IMG/VR virus record: IMGVR_UViG_3300047272_000039
Span: 1-32,321 of that record
From: a virus
Taxonomy: Duplodnaviria; Caudoviricetes
Length of the DNA stretch: 32,321 bases
Strand: one strand, 5' to 3'
Below the pieces are notes generated by a model, which saw nothing but the letters and a program-made list of their open reading frames with translations, did no database searches and was not told the DNA's origin. Of this stretch, positions 25,171 through 32,321 are shown one piece after another. A program made the translations under genes and the position numbers. The first letter of the stretch is position 1, and the number at the start of each line of letters is the position of its first letter.

Positions 25171-25595
25171 CACGCCATAGAAAGGATCGAGGCTATCGTA
25201 CCGAGCGAGTAGTTGCAGCCTACTTATCGCAATGGTGGAGAAGCGCTAGCGTTGGTCGAGGGGCTGGTAAGGATATTCTCAATGTTCCGTTCGATGTTGA
25301 GATTAAAGCTAGGACAGACTTCCAGCCTCTAGCATGGTTGCGCCAAGCCACTAAGAGAGCAGCAGCTCATCAGGAGTTGCCGTTCGTGGTGTGCCGTATG
25401 AATGGACAGGGTGAAGATGCTTCCGAGTATCTTGCTTTCATGCGGTTTAGTGACTTGGTTCAACTATTGCTTAAGTCCGGTTACGGAGATATCCAGCAGG
25501 ATTCGGTACAATTAGAACCTGAAAGATGCGCACAATGCGGATCGTGGAAGTTGGTCAATGTGATATGCCGTACTTGCAAGGTGTCTAATGCCTAG
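25167..25595 (+). CDS. Holliday junction resolvase-like nuclease
   Basis: Homolog of 9340-9759; DVEIK. Confidence 0.7.
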   Translation: MTRHRKDRGYRTERVVAAYLSQWWRSASVGRGAGKDILNVPFDVEIKARTDFQPLAWLRQATKRAAAHQELPFVVCRMNGQGEDASEYLAFMRFSDLVQLLLKSGYGDIQQDSVQLEPERCAQCGSWKLVNVICRTCKVSNA

Positions 25596-25776
25596 TTATG
25601 AATTCCAATGCCGCAACGATGATTGTGAATCGACAGCGATACTAGATCATGTTCTGGCTGTACACGAGCCGCATGACATTTTATGCCCGTTCTGTGATGA
25701 GCCAATGAATAAGGTTTACAGCTCTGTTCCAGCAGTCCATTTCAAGGGTACTGGGTTCTATTCTACTGATAAATAG
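25588..25776 (+). CDS. FmdB-family zinc ribbon protein
   Basis: MPSYEFQC...CPFC...HFKGTGFYSTD. Confidence 0.85.
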   Translation: MPSYEFQCRNDDCESTAILDHVLAVHEPHDILCPFCDEPMNKVYSSVPAVHFKGTGFYSTDK

Positions 25777-25818
25777 TTATCCACATTTGGCAACAAGTTA
25801 TCCACAGCCTGTTGATAG
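25777..25818. promoter_or_regulatory. DnaA-box cluster (candidate replication origin)
   Basis: TTATCCACA at 25777-25785 and 25798-25806; inverted 7/9 box at 25810-25818. Confidence 0.75.
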
Positions 25819-25827
25819 GAGATTACT

Positions 25828-26298
25828 GTGAAACGAAACGCCGTTCTGACCAGCACTTTTAGAAATGTAGTTGACAGGCTTGGTACACTCTACGGGCTAG
25901 AGCCCATCAAGGGCTCAGAGCGAGCCGCTTCGCGGATAGCTCGCTCGGTAGCAATCGCTATTGGGATAGCTCTATCTATAGTACCGAGTCCTATATCTCA
26001 AGGCTCAATAAGACCTATTGAAAGCGTTCATCAATTAGCAGATAGATTACTAACTGAGAAACAAGAAGCTTGTCATGATCTGATTACATTCAAGGAATCT
26101 AGTAATAACAGATATGCAGTAAATGGTAGTCATCATGGTTATTATCAAGGCAGAAGTGCTTACCTAAAGGCTAAGCCTGATGACGTTCAATTCATGTGGT
26201 ATTGGTACTATGTAAGCCATAGATATGGCGTAACAGAGTATGATGAGCCTAACTACTGTAAGGCGTTACATCATTTGAAAACTAGGGGGTGGCAGTAA
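25828..26298 (+). CDS. SLT/Rpf-like lytic transglycosylase
   Basis: Homolog of 9986-10456; KES...AVNGSHHGYYQ. Confidence 0.7.
   Translation: MKRNAVLTSTFRNVVDRLGTLYGLEPIKGSERAASRIARSVAIAIGIALSIVPSPISQGSIRPIESVHQLADRLLTEKQEACHDLITFKESSNNRYAVNGSHHGYYQGRSAYLKAKPDDVQFMWYWYYVSHRYGVTEYDEPNYCKALHHLKTRGWQ
25896..25952 (+). other. Conserved three-way-junction secondary structure
   Basis: GCTA/TAGC; GAGCCC/GGGCTC; GAGCGAGC/GCTCGCTC. Confidence 0.65.
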
Positions 26299-26744
26299 TG
26301 CCACGTAAGAATCACTTTACTTTGAAAGAACAAGAGTTTATAAAAGACAATGCCCAAATGGGCGGTACTTGGCTCGCTGACGCTTTACAAGTTCCACGCC
26401 CTTGGATTTACCAATATGCAACAGATGAGGGTATTAGCGTTAAGAAGGGTGGCAAACAGCCACCTAGATCTCATACCCGAATAACCAAAATGAAACATGG
26501 ATTCTGTTCATGGCCTAAGAATTACAGGAGATATAAGAAAGAGCTTGTATTAAGAGATGGACTTAGATGCCATTACTGTGATTACATGATGACCTTCGAG
26601 GAAGCACAGGTAGATCACATATTGGCTAAGGCTAGGGGCGGCACAGACGCACCACACAATTTAGTCCTTGCTTGTGCTAGATGTAATAACTTAAAGAGTA
26701 CGCTTTGCTACACATGTCCGGAGTTTCGTGAAGCCATCGCATAG
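26298..26744 (+). CDS. Additional HNH endonuclease with N-terminal HTH-like domain, unit B only
   Basis: Start at TAATG overlap; RDG..CHYC, VDHI...RGG....NLVLAC..CN..K. Confidence 0.85.
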   Translation: MPRKNHFTLKEQEFIKDNAQMGGTWLADALQVPRPWIYQYATDEGISVKKGGKQPPRSHTRITKMKHGFCSWPKNYRRYKKELVLRDGLRCHYCDYMMTFEEAQVDHILAKARGGTDAPHNLVLACARCNNLKSTLCYTCPEFREAIA

Positions 26745-27054
26745 AGAGTTAGGCACACAGCGTTGGAAAGACCAACGCAAGCGTGTGCTGCAACGAGATA
26801 GTTATATATGCCAGTACTGCGGTGATACAGCAACACAGGTAGATCACATAATTCCACGAGCCAAGGGCGGTGGACACGAGTTAGAGAACCTATTAGCTTG
26901 CTGCGCCAAGTGCAACGGACTTAAAGGTTCACGCTCACAAGCGTCTTTTTTAGGGTCACTTTCTACCCCCCCTGTTTTTTCAGGGAATCCCTCTCCGACA
27001 CAGTCGGTAATCCACGAGGACAGTCCATTTACAGCCAAACCGGTCGGGAACTAA
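26728..27054 (+). CDS. HNH endonuclease (packaging-associated)
   Basis: RD..CQYCG, VDHIIP..GG, NL.ACC..CN..KG; before TerL. Confidence 0.85.
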   Translation: MKPSHRELGTQRWKDQRKRVLQRDSYICQYCGDTATQVDHIIPRAKGGGHELENLLACCAKCNGLKGSRSQASFLGSLSTPPVFSGNPSPTQSVIHEDSPFTAKPVGN

Positions 27055-27058
27055 CCCG

Positions 27059-28480
27059 ATGGCTGCCAAACGATCCAAAGCCCTGCGAGGGGCAACTAAA
27101 CCAAGGCTTCAGTCAATACCTTTTAAAGGTCAGACCAAGCTCCAAGATGTCAAAGACCTCTGCGAGATAATCCAGATGCCTTTACTGCCTTGGCAGGAGC
27201 ATGTATTGAAGGACATGCTGACGGTTGATAAGACCGGCAACTGGATTCGTAAGACAAACCTGCTACTTATCGCTCGGCAGAACGGTAAGACCCACCTTGC
27301 CCGTATGCTCATTCTTGCTCACCTCTTAAAATGGGATACTGACGTTCTAATCATGTCATCAAACCGTTCTATGGCTCTCGACACATTCCGCCAAGTCACT
27401 CAAGTATTGGAGAACAATGACCACCTCAAGGGATTCGTTAAACAGATCAGATATGCAAATGGAACAGAATCTATTGAAATGGTATCTGGAACAAGGCTCG
27501 ATGTTGTTGCGGCGACTAGAGACGGTAGCCGCGGCAGATCAGTCAACGGATTATTATTCATCGATGAGGTCAGAGAAATCAGCGAGGAAGGATTTAGAGC
27601 TGCAATTCCTACGACTAGAGCGCATCCAAATTCTCACACGCTTCTTTGCTCAAATGCAGGAGACGCTTTCTCGACAGTTTTAAACGGATTAAGAGAACGT
27701 GCCTTAGAAAACCCGCCAAAGAGCTTTGGGTTTTACGAGTACAGCGCTCCCCAATACTGCAAGATCACAGACCGACAAGGCTGGGCTCAAGCGAACCCTG
27801 CACTTGGCTATACGATAAGCGAGGAAACACTTGAGGAAGCAGTTGCAACTAGCCCGATTGAAAACACTAGAACTGAGTTACTATGTCAATGGATTGACTC
27901 TCTCAGCAGCCCTTGGCCTCATGGCGTACTTGAGGACACCTCAGACTCCTCGCTCACGATTCCGGTCGGCGGCTATACAGTCTTTGCTTTCGATGTCAGT
28001 CCATCTCGCCGAAATGCAAGTTTGGTTGCTGGACAAATACTTCCAGATGGTCGCATCGGAGTTGGAATACTTCAAACTTGGGAAAGCCAAGTCTCGGTGG
28101 ATGATTTAAAGATCGCTGCTGAAATCAAAGGCTGGGCTGACCAATACAGACCGCGCCAAATTTGCTTTGACAAGTACACAGCCCAATCAATCGCTGACCG
28201 CCTAACTAACGCAGGTCAGATTGTTATGGATATCTCGGGCGCTGCGTTCTATCAGGCTTGCGGTGATCTATTGGATGCTTTGGTTAATCATCGCCTAGTT
28301 CATGCCGGTCAAGAGAACTGGATTCAACAAATGAACAACTGCGCAGCTAAGACTAACGATTCATCATGGCGCATTGTTAAACGCAAGAGTGCTGGCGATG
28401 TATCAGGTGCTATCTCGACTGCAATGGTTGTTCACCAATTAACGAAACCACAACAGATTGCGGCTATTTACTCCGAATGA
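27059..28480 (+). CDS. terL: Terminase large subunit
   Basis: ARQNGKT; LFIDE; homolog of 10799-12220. Confidence 0.93.
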   Translation: MAAKRSKALRGATKPRLQSIPFKGQTKLQDVKDLCEIIQMPLLPWQEHVLKDMLTVDKTGNWIRKTNLLLIARQNGKTHLARMLILAHLLKWDTDVLIMSSNRSMALDTFRQVTQVLENNDHLKGFVKQIRYANGTESIEMVSGTRLDVVAATRDGSRGRSVNGLLFIDEVREISEEGFRAAIPTTRAHPNSHTLLCSNAGDAFSTVLNGLRERALENPPKSFGFYEYSAPQYCKITDRQGWAQANPALGYTISEETLEEAVATSPIENTRTELLCQWIDSLSSPWPHGVLEDTSDSSLTIPVGGYTVFAFDVSPSRRNASLVAGQILPDGRIGVGILQTWESQVSVDDLKIAAEIKGWADQYRPRQICFDKYTAQSIADRLTNAGQIVMDISGAAFYQACGDLLDALVNHRLVHAGQENWIQQMNNCAAKTNDSSWRIVKRKSAGDVSGAISTAMVVHQLTKPQQIAAIYSE

Positions 28481-28493
28481 CCTACATCTAGTG

Positions 28494-28499
28494 TATAAT
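28494..28499 (+). promoter_or_regulatory. -10 element, probably leaderless portal transcript
   Basis: TATAAT 8 nt before ATG 28508. Confidence 0.6.
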
Positions 28500-28507
28500 T
28501 AACCCCT

Positions 28508-29605
28508 ATGGGTCTCTTTACGCGTAAGCCGCAAATCTTGGAAGCGCAAGCTGCACCGCAAGTCATGGGTGAGAACCTTCCGTCAATCTATAACGCGATT
28601 GCCCTTCGAGTCTCTCGCAAGGATGCCATGAGTGTTGCTTCAGTCGCTAGAGCTCGTAACCTAATCTGCGGAACAGTCGCATCTATTCCTCTTGAGTATT
28701 ACAACAAGCGCACCGGTGAAGTTATGGCTGCGCCTCGATGGATCAATCAACTTTCAAAGAATCAGCCATCATTCGTGACCCTAACTTGGTGCGTTGATTC
28801 TCTCCTATTCTACGGAGTGGCTTACCTTCGCATCACAGAGCGCTACGCCGAGGATGGTCGCCCATCAGCCTTTGAATGGATTGCTAATTCACGAGTCACA
28901 TTTACAACTGACCTCGAAGGCATCATGATTACCCAGTATTATGTCGATGCTTACCCAATAGACATGAATGACATTGTCACAATTCAGGGATTCGATGAGG
29001 GCGTTCTAGAGCGCGCTGGTCGCACAATCCAATCTGCTATTGATATCAACAAAGCAGCTGCAATTGCTTCTGCTACTCCAATGTCTAGCGGAATCCTAAA
29101 GAATACAGGGGCAGACCTTCCACCTAACGAAGTCTCTGGCCTTCTCGCAGCTTGGAAGCGCAGCCGTCAGAATAACTCTACTGCTTACCTGACATCTACC
29201 CTTGATTTCCAATCTACACAGTTCTCACCTAAAGACATGATGTACAACGAAGCAATTCAGAACCTATCTACTGAGATTGCTCGCGCTATGAACGTGCCAG
29301 CGTATTACTTGTCAGCAGATCAGAACACCACAATGACTTATGCCAATGTCCAAGACGAGCGCAAGCAATTCTTTGCTCTATCTATCGAGCCTTACATCCA
29401 AGCCATTCAGACACGCCTTTCAATGGATGATATCTCTACATCAGGCCATGAAGTCCGTTTTGCAGTATTCGATACATTCCTAAAGGCAGACCCATTGGTT
29501 GAACTTCAGGTTATCGAGAAGCTTCTAACTCTTGGACTTATCTCAACAGAGCAAGCGATGGAAATGACAGACTTAACTCCTAACGGAAGCGAAGGAATGA
29601 GCTAA
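28508..29605 (+). CDS. Portal protein (HK97 family)
   Basis: Homolog of 12248-13345. Confidence 0.92.
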   Translation: MGLFTRKPQILEAQAAPQVMGENLPSIYNAIALRVSRKDAMSVASVARARNLICGTVASIPLEYYNKRTGEVMAAPRWINQLSKNQPSFVTLTWCVDSLLFYGVAYLRITERYAEDGRPSAFEWIANSRVTFTTDLEGIMITQYYVDAYPIDMNDIVTIQGFDEGVLERAGRTIQSAIDINKAAAIASATPMSSGILKNTGADLPPNEVSGLLAAWKRSRQNNSTAYLTSTLDFQSTQFSPKDMMYNEAIQNLSTEIARAMNVPAYYLSADQNTTMTYANVQDERKQFFALSIEPYIQAIQTRLSMDDISTSGHEVRFAVFDTFLKADPLVELQVIEKLLTLGLISTEQAMEMTDLTPNGSEGMS

Positions 29606-31173
29606 TGGAACATCTAATAATCGAAGCATCATCAATCGAGTGCAGCGAGGAACGCCGCGAAATCTCAGGCAAGATTGTGCCAATGGGTACAGGCGAGATT
29701 GGCAACACCAACATGGGCGGCGTTGTATTCGAAGCAGGATCTATTGATATTGCTGACGTCTCCAAGATTAAGTTGCTTTCACAGCACGATATCAAGAAGC
29801 CAGTTGGTCGCATGATTGCTGCGGAAACACGCGCAGACGGAATCTATGCAACCTTCAAGCTCTCACGCTCTACAGGCGGCAACGATGCTCTTATTCAGGC
29901 ACAAGAAGGACTTGTCTCAGGTCTCTCAGTTGGTGCTGAAGTAATCGCATCAAAGCCTTCACGCGATGGACACATTGTTGTCTCATCAGCGCGTCTCAAA
30001 GAAGTTTCTCTTGTAACTGAACCGGCTTTCAAGTCTGCTCAGGTGCTAGAGATCGCAGCAGAGGAATCACTCCCTGCTGAACCAATCCAACCAGAAAGCG
30101 AGCCAGTCGTGGAAGAAACCACTACACCGGTAGAAGCTCCAGCAGTTGAAGCAGCAGCAGTCGAAGCCGCTCGCCCAACAGTTGCAGCAAACTTGCAAGT
30201 CCGTGAGCGCATTGCTCCAATCTCATCAGCACAGTACCTAGAAGCATCTATGAAAGCTGCTCTAGGCGATGACGAAGCACGCCGCACAGTTCGTGCAGCA
30301 GATGATTCAACATCAACTAACACAGGTTTGACACTCCCATCACACCTCAACACATTCATCACAGACACATTCACAGGTCGCCCAGCATTTGAAGCAGCTA
30401 CACGTGGTTCACTTGCAGGTATCGATGGAATGTCATTCACAGTTCCACGCCTTTACACAAATGCATCTACAGCTGACGTTGCACCAACAGTTGCAGACAC
30501 AAACGAAGGTTCAGCACCATCTGAGACAGGCATGACATCTGCTTATGACACTATCTCAATCGAAAAGTTCTCAGGCCTACAGCGCGTTTCATTCGAGCTC
30601 GTAGATCGCTCATCACCTGCGTTCATGGAACTAATGATGGCAGAACTTCGCAAGGCATACGAGAAGGCAACAGACGCAGCCCTTCTAGCAGCGTTCGTAG
30701 CATCTGGTACAACAGCAGCGACAACAGCAGCAACAGCAGCTGGACTTCAGTCATTCGTGTCTGTAGAAGGCGCAGCAGCATACAAGGGCACAGGCGGAGA
30801 CTTCGCTAACAAGCTTGTTGCATCAACAGATCAGTGGGCTGCTATCGCAGGATACGCAGACTCAACAGGTCGCGCACTCTACTCAGCACAAGGCGCAACA
30901 CAGAACGCATCAGGCAACGCAGTTGCTACAAGCGTCGTAGGTGGAGTTCTTGGAACTGACCTTATCGTTGATCACAATATCTCAACATCAGGAATCGTTG
31001 ATAACTCAGCGTTCCTAGTTGCTCCAGCATCTGTTTACACATGGGAGTCACCAACAACTCAGCTCCGTGTAAACGTTCTCACATCTGGCGAGATTGAAAT
31101 CAATCTCTACGGATACCTCGCTATCTACCTTGCTAAGTCAGGTAAGGGCGTTCGTAAGTTCAACCTTACATAA
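29605..31173 (+). CDS. Prohead protease-major capsid protein fusion
   Basis: Homolog of 13345-14895. Confidence 0.9.
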   Translation: MEHLIIEASSIECSEERREISGKIVPMGTGEIGNTNMGGVVFEAGSIDIADVSKIKLLSQHDIKKPVGRMIAAETRADGIYATFKLSRSTGGNDALIQAQEGLVSGLSVGAEVIASKPSRDGHIVVSSARLKEVSLVTEPAFKSAQVLEIAAEESLPAEPIQPESEPVVEETTTPVEAPAVEAAAVEAARPTVAANLQVRERIAPISSAQYLEASMKAALGDDEARRTVRAADDSTSTNTGLTLPSHLNTFITDTFTGRPAFEAATRGSLAGIDGMSFTVPRLYTNASTADVAPTVADTNEGSAPSETGMTSAYDTISIEKFSGLQRVSFELVDRSSPAFMELMMAELRKAYEKATDAALLAAFVASGTTAATTAATAAGLQSFVSVEGAAAYKGTGGDFANKLVASTDQWAAIAGYADSTGRALYSAQGATQNASGNAVATSVVGGVLGTDLIVDHNISTSGIVDNSAFLVAPASVYTWESPTTQLRVNVLTSGEIEINLYGYLAIYLAKSGKGVRKFNLT

Positions 31174-31191
31174 TAGCAATACCCTAAGTCG

Positions 31192-31229
31192 CTTGAGGGG
31201 GCTGCCAGAGCCCTTGCAGCTCCCTCAAG
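31192..31229 (+). terminator. Hairpin after the capsid gene
   Basis: 14-bp stem CTTGAGGGGGCTGC/GCAGCTCCCTCAAG; loop CAGAGCCCTT. Confidence 0.6.
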
Positions 31230-31247
31230 TCTTTAGAAAGGATTACA

Positions 31248-31826
31248 ATGTCACTCACAACAGTTGCAGAGCTTCGCACCGCCCTAGGCGTTGGCACTCT
31301 CTATACTGATGCCGTGTTGCAGTCTGTTTGCGATGCTGCTGACAACGTTCTCCTTCCATTCATCTGGGCTAACACAACTCCTATTGTTGGACATAGCAAT
31401 ACAGCAACAACAGGAACTTCTTATTTTAATGACTATGTAAAAGATACATTTTATGTAGGAGAGACAGTCGTCATTGGCGGCTCAGGCTCTAAGCACAACG
31501 GCAGCAAGACAATCACAGGCGTTGGCGATTATTCAATCACTTATGCAATTAGTGGCAACAATAACACTCCTGCCGTTTACCACCCAGTCAATCCTTACGG
31601 CTTGGTAACAGCAGAGACTTATCTAGACCCAGCAACAGTTCCAGCAATCCAAGAGGCAAGCCTCATGATCTGCGTATCTATCTGGACATCTCGCCAGACC
31701 AACTCAGGCAACGGTATGAACCCAGACGGCTCAATCGGATCAATGTATGCCATGTCATCTCAGCTCATCGCTCGCGTTCGCGGCTTGATTGCACCATATT
31801 TAAGCCCTAACTCAATGGTGGGCTAA
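31248..31826 (+). CDS. Head-tail adaptor with inserted beta domain
   Basis: Homolog of 14964-15542. Confidence 0.75.
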   Translation: MSLTTVAELRTALGVGTLYTDAVLQSVCDAADNVLLPFIWANTTPIVGHSNTATTGTSYFNDYVKDTFYVGETVVIGGSGSKHNGSKTITGVGDYSITYAISGNNNTPAVYHPVNPYGLVTAETYLDPATVPAIQEASLMICVSIWTSRQTNSGNGMNPDGSIGSMYAMSSQLIARVRGLIAPYLSPNSMVG

Positions 31827-32215
31827 TGCCAGCAATAACAACCCTTCGAAGCAGCATTGCGAGTGCCTTAGCGGATAACACTAAGTACAGCGTGTTCGCG
31901 TTCCCACCTGCCACGCCTATTGCTAACAGCGTTATAGTCACACCTGATGATCCTTATATTGTGCCAAGCAATAACGATTACACATCTATCGCGCCAATGG
32001 CTAACTTTAAACTTACCATCCTTGTCCCGTTGCTAGACAACGAGGGCAACCTTGCTGGAATCGAGACCGACATCGTAAGAGTGTTTCAGCTTCTCGAAGC
32101 TTCCAGCATTGTATTTAACGTTGGAAGCGTGAGCGCACCTAGCGTTCTATCAATCGCTTCCGGAGACTTACTTACTTGCGACATCGCAATAAGTACCCTA
32201 ACGGAATGGAGCTAA
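31826..32215 (+). CDS. Tail terminator / head-tail joining protein
   Basis: Homolog of 15542-15931. Confidence 0.6.
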   Translation: MPAITTLRSSIASALADNTKYSVFAFPPATPIANSVIVTPDDPYIVPSNNDYTSIAPMANFKLTILVPLLDNEGNLAGIETDIVRVFQLLEASSIVFNVGSVSAPSVLSIASGDLLTCDIAISTLTEWS

Positions 32216-32218
32216 TCG

Positions 32219-32321
32219 ATGAACGATTGGACAAAGGAGCAAGCCGACTTTCTAATCAAGATTGGCCAAGTTCCACCAGCAGCACCAGCACCAAAACCAA
32301 CTACCAAGAAAGATGAGGAAT
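32219..32321 (+). CDS. Small Pro/Lys-rich protein (stop completed across the circular junction at 54-56)
   Basis: Identical to 15935-16039. Confidence 0.65.
   Translation, partial: MNDWTKEQADFLIKIGQVPPAAPAPKPTTKKDEE
32268..32321. repeat. Terminal direct repeat (right)
   Basis: Identical to 1-54. Confidence 0.95.

Larger units (their letters stand above)
15984..32267 (+). mobile_element. Miniature siphovirus-like phage genome, unit B (~16.3 kb), diverged colinear relative of unit A
   Basis: Same gene order as unit A; proteins range from identical to strongly diverged; two extra genes. Confidence 0.9.

Noticed and set aside
849-30440. All minus-strand ORFs and nested alternative-frame + ORFs in the track (e.g. 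13584-14120, 9187-9519, 6092-6454, 30039-30440)
   Set aside because: They are shadows of well-supported + strand genes; A/B substitutions are synonymous in the main frames and I see no RBS or motifs for them
1-32321. Prophage, satellite or exact assembly duplication
   Set aside because: No host genes, integrase or repressor; each unit encodes its own head and tail; the units differ throughout, including gene content

Overview
The window is a circular contig (54-bp terminal direct repeat) made of two colinear, related but non-identical ~16-kb tailed-phage genomes joined head to tail: unit A 1-15983 and unit B 15984-32267. Each unit looks like a complete miniature siphovirus with every real gene on the + strand. 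Gene order: major tail, tail chaperone with a -1 frameshift, gp10-like protein, short tape measure, minor tail, Gly-rich fibre, M15-like endolysin and holins, metallophosphoesterase, DUF6378, Rad52/Sak-like annealing protein, Zn-finger proteins, resolvase, FmdB-like Zn ribbon, SLT-like transglycosylase, HNH, TerL, portal, protease-capsid fusion, head-tail proteins. I recognise no integrase, repressor, polymerase, helicase, primase or small terminase. Gene content suggests an actinobacterial, probably freshwater, host (inference). The dimer is most simply a metagenomic figure-eight assembly of two co-occurring relatives, but it allows a built-in comparative analysis. That comparison shows: (1) an invariant oriC-like DnaA-box cluster followed by a covarying three-way-junction structure kept across compensating frameshifts, a candidate host-DnaA-dependent origin; (2) a 117-nt tRNA-like RNA in unit A only; (3) a post-capsid hairpin with replaced stems but a conserved loop; (4) an internal capsid start codon; (5) several conserved micro-ORFs missed by the ORF track. 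Family assignments come from motif recognition by eye, not database searches.
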